A DNA stretch of 64,000 nucleotides from Paraspadella gotoi (Eukaryota > Animalia > Chaetognatha). The notes under the pieces were generated by a model. The model ran no database searches. It was not told where the DNA came from and saw only the letters and a program-made list of their open reading frames with translations. The stretch's first letter is position 1, and every line of letters starts with the position of its first letter. Made by a program: the position numbers and the translations under genes. Below are positions 49,420-60,380 of this stretch, piece by piece. The stretch covers positions 5,405,609-5,469,608 of the forward strand of contig CM119269.1 in the NCBI GenBank assembly GCA_051294375.1, written 5' to 3'.

Positions 49420-50415
49420 ATGATGGCGGAGGTCGACTGCTCCGTCCTTCAACTTTTCTTGGAAAACCTTGACTTGGTGGGCGAACAGTTGGCGTCGGGA
49501 GAGACTGACCGCGCGCCCGACCCAGAATTTTCCCTGGACTCCTTCTGGGATCGCATCGTCGCTCTCTCCAAATCGCTGTCGGCGGAGACTACCAAAGTCT
49601 GTCTGGGTTTTTCCTCGACTCCTCTTCCCGGTCGCGATGAGCAGTCTCACTTCACCGGTCGAATGCAGCAAATGATTCTCGCCCTTGTCTCGGCCTTTTA
49701 CGGCTTGCCCAAATCTTGCGGTTTGACCCTACGCAAATCCACTCGACTGGCGCTCTGTCAAGTGGTCTCTTCCCTACGCGCCCTCCTTGCCAGCGTCGTC
49801 GCGGGAGCGAGTCGTGGATCGTCTCTTGAAGAGCTGATAAGCACGGCCGAGTTTTGGTCTTGCTGCGAGGCGATGACGACTTTGCCGCGAACCAACGCCG
49901 CCGCCTTGCGAGTTCTCGTGGAGGAAGAAAAAGCGATGGCGCTGGATGCCCTGCGCGAGATCGGTGCCGCCCGTGAAGACGCCGTCGCAAGCGCAGCGAA
50001 CGACAACCGCAACGAAGATTACAACGAAGACATCTGGAGCGAGCGGGACCTAATTGTCGTCTCAGCCGCCTCGGCCCTAGTCAAGACAGCGGGTTTCGTC
50101 CTCAAAAAGATGGGTTCTCCCCTCAAGAGACCGGAAATGAGCGCGGATGATCGCGCGGCGGTGCTCGACGATCTGGCGGAGATAGCGAAAGGAGTTAGTC
50201 CAGCGGTCGACGACCTAGTTCTCTCTCTCTATCCGCCCACGGACTACGCAAAGGTCGAGAGAGAAACTAAGGCCCTTCATCGCGTCCTCAGGGACCTTCT
50301 GGATAAATGCAAAGGGATGGGGTTTTGCGAGGAGAGCGAACGAAACTGGATCAGCTTCTTAAGCGAAGCTGCCGATCACAACAAGACTAAAACTTTGGAG
50401 AGCTTAAAAGACTAG
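49420..50415 (+). CDS. CCNDBP1: Cyclin-D1-binding protein 1 (GCIP) homolog, intronless
   Basis: ~331-aa helical ORF with LSAETTK, GLTLRK, WSCCE..LPRTN, an acidic linker and VSPAVDDLVLSLYPP, motifs recalled from the GCIP family. Confidence 0.85.
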   Translation: MMAEVDCSVLQLFLENLDLVGEQLASGETDRAPDPEFSLDSFWDRIVALSKSLSAETTKVCLGFSSTPLPGRDEQSHFTGRMQQMILALVSAFYGLPKSCGLTLRKSTRLALCQVVSSLRALLASVVAGASRGSSLEELISTAEFWSCCEAMTTLPRTNAAALRVLVEEEKAMALDALREIGAAREDAVASAANDNRNEDYNEDIWSERDLIVVSAASALVKTAGFVLKKMGSPLKRPEMSADDRAAVLDDLAEIAKGVSPAVDDLVLSLYPPTDYAKVERETKALHRVLRDLLDKCKGMGFCEESERNWISFLSEAADHNKTKTLESLKD

Positions 50416-50592
50416 TAAAAATACATCTCCTTAGAGAATTGATGTTTGCGAGATTTTGCCGTGTTTTATTTCATTTGGATTATTGGCGTTATTTTTTTGA
50501 CGATATTTCCGTTTTTGTAATTGCTGAGTCTTTCACATTTTGTAGTTTCAACGAGTTGTTTACAAAAACAAAACTTTTCGAGTTGAAATAAA

Positions 50593-53500
50593 ATGTCAGA
50601 CAGCGAGGGCAGCGACGTCGAGGACGACAGAGGTTCCGGCAACGAAAGTGGTGCTGAAGGCTCAGACAGAAGCGGCGCCGAAAGTCCCGCCAGTCGGTGA
50701 GTTAGAACGGTGTTTGGTTTAAAATGCCAAGTGTGCTTATGGTTTTGTGGAATTTAATTTTCATTCCTCAGTCGCAGTCGATCGCGATCTCGCAGCGGCA
50801 GCAGAAGCCGAAGCGGCAGCAGGAGTCGCAGTCGTAGCGGGAGTAGGAGCGGCGGGGGAAGCGCCGCCGGAAGCGGAGACGAGGCGGAAGTCGGCAGCGA
50901 GGAAGACAAGGGAGACGGCGAAGACGATGATGGAGAGGACATCGCCAATTCCGAAGAGGAAGAAGAGGATGAGGAAGAGGAGCAGCCGAAGAAGAAGAGG
51001 AAGAAGGGGATTGTTAACGTAATGATTCGTGGATAGATGGATTCGTTGATAAGTCTTTTTCAGGATGTTAGTTATAGTAGTATAATGGCAACAGCCGGGT
51101 TGCCTGTGATGCCCATTGGGATGGGGCATCTCACTGTTGGCTTTGGGGGCTTCCGACCCTCAGTGACGCCTCCAGTCACTGGCGCAGTTACCCTAGGACG
51201 GTCTCGCTTTGCCAACGCAGAGGGAAGTCGTTAGGACTGTGGATGGAACACTACGCCTGGGATGGTGTGTTCCCCCTCTGAGCCAATGGATTTGGCTGAC
51301 GGATGGTGGACGTGAGGCGGTGTGAATATACCGCCACAGTATCTCATTTTTCCCCCAGGATTTCTTCTTGGACGAGGCGGAAGTAGATGAGGAAGAGGAC
51401 GAGGAAGAGGACGAGGAGGTGGAGGAAGGCTGGGACCAAGTGCGGGCCAATCGAGAGGTAGAGAAGGGACCTTCGGCTCGCGACATTGAGAACGAGAGAA
51501 GAATCGCCGGTGGATTCGACGAAGAGGACGAGGAGAAGATAGAGGAATACTACAGGTGAGTGTCGACTCGTGGATGGTGTTTATATTTTTATTACAATTA
51601 TGACAAGATTTAAATGTCTATTTTTGATTCAGAAATAAATATTCTAACGATGCGGCGACATCGTACGGCGAAGGAGCGGACATGGTAGACGAGATCACGC
51701 AGCAGGGATTGCTGCCCGGGGTTAAAGACCCTAATTTGTGGATGGTCAAGTGCAAAATCGGAGAAGAGAAAGCGACGGCCATCTCCCTCATGCGGAAGTT
51801 CATCGCCTATCAGTTCACCGACGAACCCTTGCAGATCAAAAGCGTGGTAAGTGGACTTCTTTTTTAAGAATGAGTCCCCCCCGTTTTGTCCATAGTGGTA
51901 GTTTTCATTCAATCTTTAACTTTTTGTCTTTAGTCTTAGCTTTGTTTGATGCTCATGTATGTACTGAATCAACCTTGTTGAATTCGAAATAAAACGCATA
52001 TTAATATAAAATTTGCGGTGTTAATATTTTTTTCTTCTCTTTCGCCAACTCAGGTTGCCAAGGAACACATCAAGGGCTACATTTACATCGAAGCGTTCAA
52101 GCAGACTCACGTAAAGCAGGCGATCGAGGGAGTAGGGAATTTGAGACTCGGAAGATGGAAGCAACACATGGTGCCCATTAAGGAAATGACCGACGTGCTG
52201 AAGGTAAAACGAAGAGGGTTTTGCATCTAAATGGGCTACTAATTCCTAAGTACTAAGAAATCGAAATGATCTGTGTTCGCGCCCAGGTGCTGCGAGAAAA
52301 AGACACGGTCAATCTCAAGACTCGCGCTTGGGTGAGATTGAAGAAAGGAGTATACAAAGACGACTTGGCGCAAGTGGATTTTGTAGACACGGCGCAAAAT
52401 ATGGTTCACCTAAGACTCATACCAAGGTATCGCGTTCGAGGCTGAGCTGATACATTTCAGCGTTTGTTACTTTAATTGAATTTGTCCCTAGGCTTGATCT
52501 TCAGCGAAAACGCGGAGCCATGCGAACTTCCAAAGATGAAAATCTCAAACGACCCTTTCAGAAAAAAAGGAATCCACAAAAGCTTTTCGACCCGGCCATC
52601 ATAAGAGAACTCGGTTTGTGTCGCTCACAAACTCTTTTCCGGGAAAGAAGAAATGGACTATTTAAGAATTAACATCTCTCTTCAGGGGGCGAGGTTCAAC
52701 ACGACGGAGACTTTTACGTATTCGAGGGCGGACGATTCTCGCGCAAGGGATTCCTCTACAAAAACTTCCCCCTCAACTCCATCGTCGCCGAAGGAATCAA
52801 ACCCACCCTCTCCGAATTGGAAAAGTTCGAGGACGACCCGACCGACGTCAACGTCGACGTTCGTGAGAACGCGGACTCTTCCAGGGTCAGCCACACCTTC
52901 GTCGCGGGAGACGTCGTCGAAGTCATCGAAGGTGCGACGCTCATTCCTATTCTTTATCTTTTTTTATTTATTAGCTTAACTTTTTCCTTTTCCTCATTTC
53001 TTTCCCATCGCTTTCTCCCTCGATACTCCAGGCGAGTTGTTGCATTTGGTGGGTAAAGTGGTCTCGATAGACGGGAACCGGATCGTGATTCAGCCGAAAC
53101 ACGAAGAGCTCAAGGAGCCGTTGGAGTTTGGCGCCCACGAGTTGAAGAAGTTCTTCAACATGGGCGACCACGTCAAGGTCATCAACGGCAAATACGAGGG
53201 CGACACGGGGCTCATTGTCCGGGTCGAAGACAACCTCGTCGTCCTCTTCTCCGATCTCTCGATGCACGAGTTGAAGGTTAAGGGCAGCTTTTTCTGGTTC
53301 AATGGGATTCGTTTTTAACAGAAAGGCGGTTAAAAAACCTCTGGTTTCCGAATGCCGTAGGTGTTGCCCAAAGATCTTCAACTGTGTGCGGATCGTGCCA
53401 CCGGAGTCGATTCCCTCGGTCAGTTCCAGTGGGGCGACATGGTGCAAATCGAGCCGCAGAAAGTCGGTGTCATCGTCAGATTGGAAAAGGAAAGTTTTCA

Positions 53501-55781
53501 GGTTCGTTGGATAGGCTGGCACAAAAGAATCGTTTCGAAACTTTTAATTTAATTCTTAAAAAATAAACTACTTTTTTTTTCAGGTTCTTGACATGATGAA
53601 CAAAGTCGCCCTTTACAAGCCACAGTCTTTGCAGAAAAAGAATACGAATCGGTTTACGGTTTCCCTGGACGCCGAAAGCAATACCATTCAGCAGCGCGAC
53701 GTTGTTAAGGTACGTATAATTGTAATAAAATCATGGGAACGGTTGCTGTAATCACAATATAATAAAATTTTGGAATGAAAAAAGGTTATAGAAGGACCCC
53801 ACATCGGTCGTCAAGGTGAAATAAAGCACCTTTACCGCAATTTCGCATTTCTCCACTCTCGCATGATGATGGAGAATGGTGGAATCTTTGTCTGCCGCAC
53901 GCGCCATCTTCAGCTCGCCGGCGACACCAAAAGAATGAGCGGAAGTGAGTATCGTTGACGGTCGTCGGAAAGACCAAAAAAAAAAAATCATTAACAATCG
54001 CTTAACTTTTTTCTTTAGACCCACTAACGCCATTGAATCCCATGGTCCCGATGTCGCCTCGCATTGGGTCACCCGCCCATGGCGGCGGCAGTGAGCAAGT
54101 TCGCCAACCTGGTCTCAACCGAGGATCTGGGTTAAGCAAGCGCGACAGGGAACTCATCGGTGTCACCGTTCGCGTCTCCCAGGTAAGTTTTTGTACACAA
54201 ATAGAAAGGACCAAAATACTGTGCTAGCGAGAAGTTAAATTTACTCGAACTACCATGATACATTTGTTTCATTTATTCTCGCCAAGGGGCCGTACAAAGG
54301 CTACATCGGGATCGTCAAAGACGCGACTGAGACGACAGCGAGGATAGAACTTCATGCAAAATGCATCACTATTTCCGTGGATAAGTCACGCATCATTCCC
54401 ACAAGCGGACCAACGAGAGCCGGCCCCGGTTTCTCTGCTTACAATAAGTACTGTCGATTTTTTTATCTTAGAGAAATCTCAACGACGACGAAAATTGATT
54501 GCCTTGGTCCTTTAGAACCCCTGCGTACGGCAACAAGACTCCCATTCATGGGTCCGCTACACCAATGTACGGATCTCAGACACCGCTGCACGATGGGTCT
54601 CGAACGCCACTTTACGGGAGCATGACGCCTCGAGGAGATCACGGCGGAATGACGCCGTCGCAATCGGCTTGGGATCCTTCCTCGGCGACACCTGCCCACG
54701 ACAAGCAATTCGATTACGCAGTCGACTACGATTCTCCTTCGCCGGTAAATGAACACTATTAAACAGTGACTTGGTTTTTTGGTTGGCCGTGCTTGATCCT
54801 TATTATTTAAACGTTTCAGTCTTACGGAACACCGGCCAATCCCGCCACTCCCGGTTATCAAGGAGATAGCGGTTCGCCCGCCCCGGGTCCCAGCACTCCT
54901 GGTCCGTACACGCCGGGTTCTAGCTATTCCCCTTACCAGCCCACTCCCTCGCCCCAAGGTTTCGGGGCAACCGGACCGACACCGTCGCCCGGATCGCAAG
55001 GTAAAAAAATTTCTTTTTTGCTTTAGTATTCAACTAAATTAAATAATTAATAATAAATTACTAGACCAACACTAATTTTCAACGTTTAATCTCTCAGGTT
55101 ATCAATCGACTCCTTCTCCCGTTGGGTACGGGGCCACCCCATCCCCAATGGCCTACAGCCCCATGACACCAGGAGCTCCATATACTCCGGCAACGCCCGG
55201 GGGAGGGATCGATCGGGGCGGCGGTGGCGATTGGCTGGTTAGTTGAAACGATCTCGATTTAAAAAGAGGAGGAACTTTTGACGGTCAGACTTTTTGTAAA
55301 AACAGACGACAGAGATCGAGGTTCGCATACGCGAGACCCACGACGACGCCGCTCTTGTCCATCAAACCGGCATCATCCGCGGCGTGACGGGAACTCTCTG
55401 CTCAGTTTTCCTGCAAGAAGAGGACAAAACTGTCACCGTCGCCTGCGAGCACCTGGAGCCCGTCCCCCCGCAGAAGAACGATCGCGTCAAGGTCATTTTC
55501 GGCGAAGACGCACGAGAGCAGGTAATGAAAGAGTTTTTTTGTAAGGAGAACAAAAATCATTTGGGATTGCTCATTTTTCTTTTCTCGTTGTCATTCAGGT
55601 GGGCACGCTGATTTCCGTGGAGGAAGACGAAGGTGTCGTCAAGTTAGAGGGCGGCGATTTAAAGATGCTCATGTTGTCTCATCTGTGTCGCATGCCGCGG
55701 GAAGAGGGCGCCAATCCGCGGGCCAAGCGGAGCGCCAGCGTTATGAGCGGAGAAGAGGAAGGAACCGAGGACGACGAATAA
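50593..55781 (+). CDS. SUPT5H: Transcription elongation factor SPT5 (DSIF), multi-exon
   Basis: MSDSE acidic N-terminus, [12 protein letters not shown] domain ([26 protein letters not shown]; KGYIYIEA), several KOW domains, CTR repeats ([17 protein letters not shown]), C-terminal KOW (EHLEPVPP). Confidence 0.96.
51087..51341 (+). ncRNA. Candidate structured intronic RNA (unassigned) in SPT5 intron 51019-51358
   Basis: GC-rich, unlike the other introns. Hairpins GGCAAC/GTTGCC, GATGCCC/GGGCATC, CAGTGAC/GTCACTG, CAGAGGG/CCCTCTG enclosing two sub-hairpins, AGCCAA/TTGGCT, and GGCGGTGT/ATACCGCC followed directly by ACA. Confidence 0.45.
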
Positions 55782-56122
55782 GATTAGCGTGCGAATAAAC
55801 GGAATCTTATTTGTTTGATCTATCAGCTTTAGTTTTTTCTATTCTATTCTAAAGGTTTTATTTTAATTACAAATCCTTTCAGCGCCAACCCTTTGTGTTT
55901 ATAATTACAATGAAACAAACGGCAGTGATAATAACGGCTAGGTGAAAACTTGTCGGATCAGTAAGGGGGGGAAAAAACATTCAGCATCAAAAAATTATAT
56001 GTTCATAATTCTTAAATTTGGCTACGATGCGGTACATACTCTTACTGAAGTCCTAGCTAATCTCAGATATTCGACAATGTGAGTGAAGTGGCAAAAAAAA
56101 AATATTCAACTTCATACAAAAT

Positions 56123-58840
56123 CTAAACCTCGACTTTTATCTTCGTACTCCCTCTGTCCACAGTTAACTTTTCAAGCATCTTCTGGCCTTCCTTGGCCGC
56201 CAGCATTGTCCATATCTTCTCACAACCAGAATTGACGGCGAGGTCATAGGGCGTCTGGTTTTTGTTATTCTTTAGTCGAATATTAGCGCCGGCGTCGAGA
56301 AGCGCCTGGACAGTGGCGGCACCTTCGAATCCGCTAGTCACCGCCAAGTGAAGCGCGGAGTTTCCGGTGACGCTCGATTTAGAGTTGACGTCGATCTCGC
56401 CGGCGAAAACGAATGGTTCGATGCAGGAGGCGCGAAGGTTTTTGACGGCGAGATGGAGGAAATCGAACCCGCCCTTTTTCGTCCTGAAGGCCTTGACCGA
56501 ACCGGGCGAAATCTCCTCCGCCTCAGCGATAAAGTTTTCCACGACCTCGGGTCGACCCATTCCCTGAGGACCGATCTCTAAAAGAATTCCCTTTATCTCA
56601 AGCGAATTCACATTCGGTTTCGTCGGCTTTTTGCGTGGCGACTTGGAAAGAGGCCTCCTGAAATTGAAAAAAAAAACTTATAAAAACTTCTTAACATAGG
56701 CGTATGATAATTTGCTTGGACAGATCGAAATTCCTCACCTCCGATTCCCAATTAAGCCGACGCTTCTCCTCACAACTCCCTTCTTGACTTTTCTCCCCGT
56801 CGATGGCAGACTCTCCGAATCCCCTGCAGAGTATAGGCTGTCATCCCAACTTCCGTGCCGACTTCCGTCCAGATTGACCGTCGATTCGCTTGTCAATCGG
56901 CTTGAACGGCCGCTGGCCCCGCCGCGCCCTCTCGAAAAATTAGAGGCCTCATGATGCCGATCTTCCGCCACATTATGTGGAGTATGTTCTCTCGGCGGCG
57001 GAAACATCTGGAACGTGAGGGTCACCGAGAAAGTATCTTTAAACTCGTCTAAGTGCGTCGTCATGATGCGACCCAGACGCGGAACGGCGACGGCGCAACG
57101 AAAGTCAGGCTCGTTCTGCGCATAGTGGCGAAGGTGCGCGCACATGTGATCCATCTGCTTGCGCCAAAACCCTCGTCCCGGGGAGATCATGGTTAGCGGG
57201 TGATGGGTCCGCTGCTCCCAACGTAGGTCCGCCTTCACTTTTGCCTCCGCCTCCTCCATACGTCGCTGAATCTCACGTTGGGACGGAAAATAGAGACCGA
57301 GTGATTGAGTGCCGACCGTCCGCAGTTTGACGGCGCTTTGAGGCGGCGAAATTGGCGGTGGAGGGTAGAAAGAGGACGTTGCGGAGGCCGCCTGTGACGA
57401 CCGCGTCCCGTAAGACCCGATATCGCTCGATTCGTTTGACCACCCGTCCAGGCAAGGAGCCGTTCCAGCGGTCTCGGCTGCCGCTCTCTGAAGGCTTCGT
57501 CCGCAATGATAACAAAATCTGGCCCGCGGTTCGTTGCTTCGACCGCAGCTACGGCAGGAGAGTAAAGCCGTCGCCGGTTGCAGTCGAAGACCGCAGAGGT
57601 TGCAATAGGTGGCGCCATCTTCCGTCCAGACGGTGCGACATCTCGGGCAAATGAGCGGATCCACTTTGGACGTCGCGTTGTTGGCGGCGTTTGTTCTCAC
57701 GTTAGGACAGACATCTGTCATCCTTTCGAGACGCCTGTCGCACACTAAGCAAGAGTCGGCGTCGGGCGGATTGTCCATTCCGCACACGTCACATTCTATC
57801 CTCGCCTCGAACTCCGTCGTCGCTTCCGTCGCCGAACGGACTCTTGGCGCCGCGTCGTAGCGGAGAAGCGACGGTAGTTGCTCCCCGCACGTGCGACAAA
57901 ACTGATCCAACGGGTCGTTGGATCGAGGAGTATAACACCGGCTGCATTTAATGAAGGAAGTTCCTTCTGGAATCAGGAGATCCTTGACGTTGGAAGAGTC
58001 GGCATCGAAGGCTGGACGAGGATTCGAAGGCGGCGGCTTCGTCGACGCCGCCGTTAGATCTGACGTCGACGAAGTCTTATTTCTCAAAATGCTCTTTATT
58101 TCCGGCGTCTTGACGGCGAGCGTCGAATCTTCCGAAGGCTCCGACGCCTCGCGTAGCGCCTCGTCGCTTTCTCTTTGAGACGCGAGCAACTTGCGTATCA
58201 TGGATCGCGTGGCGTCAGTAGTTCTCGCCTTGGCGGCTTGGAGTCGCTGGAGGTCCTCGATGAAAGCAGTCTCGTTGTCAGAGGCGGACCGCGCGGACGA
58301 GGGACGCCGAGACGAGGGAGCGAGCGATAAAGAGTTGGGAGGATTGGGGCCGACGTATTCCACCTAGAATAGATTAGTGAACGAAACAGTTGGATTATAA
58401 AGAAAGTAAACGATTGTAAATTTTCTCGCTCGAACTTGGAACTGCTTGGTCACGACGGGGCTCGTCCTCACGCCGTCGGCAGCCACGGCGAGAGCCTTGA
58501 GGACAAACTTTCCCGGCGGTAGCACCAATGGATCCTCGTATACGAAGGTGGAGCGTCGCCCGCCGCCGATCGGCTGAAACGGATCGGGCGAGGAACCGTC
58601 GATGGTAAAGAAGACGTCGACGTTGGGCGTGTCGCAACGAAGTTCGATGCGGGTCTGATTGTCCACCTGATTCGTTGAAATTGATAATGGATATGGCGAT
58701 GTTAGGGGAGGAACGGGGGAGTGATCCCATTTTCTCTAGATACTCTTTAAATGAGAAGTGCCGACCTGCCATTTATTTTTCCCCGGAATGGGCGCTCGTA
58801 AAGGAATGACCGCGGGCGCGGAGATTGCGCCGGCCGTCAT
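56123..58840 (-). CDS. DZANK1: Double zinc ribbon and ankyrin repeat protein 1, multi-exon
   Basis: Starts MTAGAISAPAVIPLR; FTIDGS..FVLKALAV domain; CxxC zinc ribbons; TVGTQSLGLYFPS; ISPGRGFWRKQMDHMCAHL; C-terminal ankyrin repeats. Confidence 0.9.
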
Positions 58841-58990
58841 CGCCAAGAACTGTCCGGTACAGTAGACACGAGACAATGTCCAATTATTCCTTCACAAAAA
58901 ATCCAACAAATACGAGTGAATATCGATAGACTGGGATTACCATTTGTTATGCCTCAAGCTTCAACGGCTTTTTCTGCGATTGTTTCGCTG

Positions 58991-59004
58991 GTAACCATGG
59001 CAAC
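58991..59004. promoter_or_regulatory. RFX X-box upstream of DZANK1
   Basis: GTAACCATGGCAAC is a canonical 14-bp X-box about 150 bp upstream of the ATG of a ciliary gene. A second overlapping X-box-like GTTTCGCTGGTAAC lies at 58982-58995. Confidence 0.75.
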
Positions 59005-60380
59005 GTAGATTTTAGTAAGCCCTGGCAGCGCTATCTCAAACAAAAGACTAATTTTTATTTCATTATTTGTATTTGGAAAATTTTTATTTTCAGTTTTAAG
59101 GTTTTCTAGTTTTCCACCCTGCCCTGCCCAACCTTAACCACCTCTTCCCATGAAGGTTAGTGGTATAGTAAATTTATAATTTTACCAATTTCACTATGCA
59201 TGTAATTGCGCCGTTTTCCTCAAACTCAAGTATAGCAATACGAGCCCTATTGCTAAGAGCATTAGGAAGATCTTATGAAAAAAAGCTTACTGTGAATTAT
59301 CCTTTTTATTAGATTCTGATTCATTTCTACTTGCTTCGACCTGGTCCACTTAGGTACCTACTAAATATATTATCACACGAATATTTTCTTATGGATGTGT
59401 GCAATACATTTTTCTCCCGGCAAAATTATACAAGATTTAAATAATTAAATAGTAAAAGGTTTTAAATATGAAATTAGTGGCATTTCAAGACCTGTTATTC
59501 TAGATCGTTGACCTTGTCATCAAAGCTTTCCTCTGGAAAATTTAATCAGTTCTCCAAGCTGCGCTCAAACTTAATTCGATAATCTATATCTAACTTTTCG
59601 ATTACAGCCATTTGAATTAGTTACATTTGAAGTTAGGCTTAACTGAAAGTAAATAAAGAAAGTGTATAATAGGAAGCAAGAAATTTATTTAAGTCACTTG
59701 TAACAAAATTTCAAATACACGGCATGGGAGCATCTTGATTCAAATTTCAAAAATCTTTCTCAATTGAACAATGGCAAATTTCATGCCGGAAGTAAAAAAA
59801 ATTTCACTATAAAGAATCAATCATAAATAAATTTACGATTAAAGCGCGTTTGGGCGAATAATGTAATGCAACAACAATAATCTACAATTTTTCTAAATTT
59901 GAAAAAAAATTAAGTCTAAGTTTCGGAGACTTCATTCTAGAACACTCGACAACATTCAATCATGGTTTATTAGTAGAAAACTACCAAATATACTATACAC
60001 CATGTGTTACTGAATATTCATGGGTTAAGGAGCCAAAAATCACGATTTAAAATTCAATAGGATGGAACTGGAAGAGAATGTAGCTCAAGATTTTGTAAAA
60101 AAAAATCAACTAGCTGAGCGGTCTTTCGATAACGTGCCCATTTACGAATGTCAAAAAAATGTTTGCATTTGTGGTAATTCAATATTATTTCAATATCAAT
60201 TCAAATAATAAGAATAATTAATATGCTAACCTTAACTATTGGTAGAACTGGTAAAAAAAAAATTTTTAACTGCTTCCAGAATTTTTCTTTTGGGACATTC
60301 GTTTTTGCACACTTTGTATCGAGACCAAAGAGATTTAAACAAAGCCATCTAGAAGACCAAGAGTATCATTGGACGCACGA

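Noticed and set aside
51087-51341. Assignment as SRP RNA, U17, RNase P/MRP or telomerase RNA
   Set aside because: Diagnostic motifs (SRP helix 8, U17 m1/m2, CR-I/CR-V pairing, CUAACCCU template) were not found; left unassigned.
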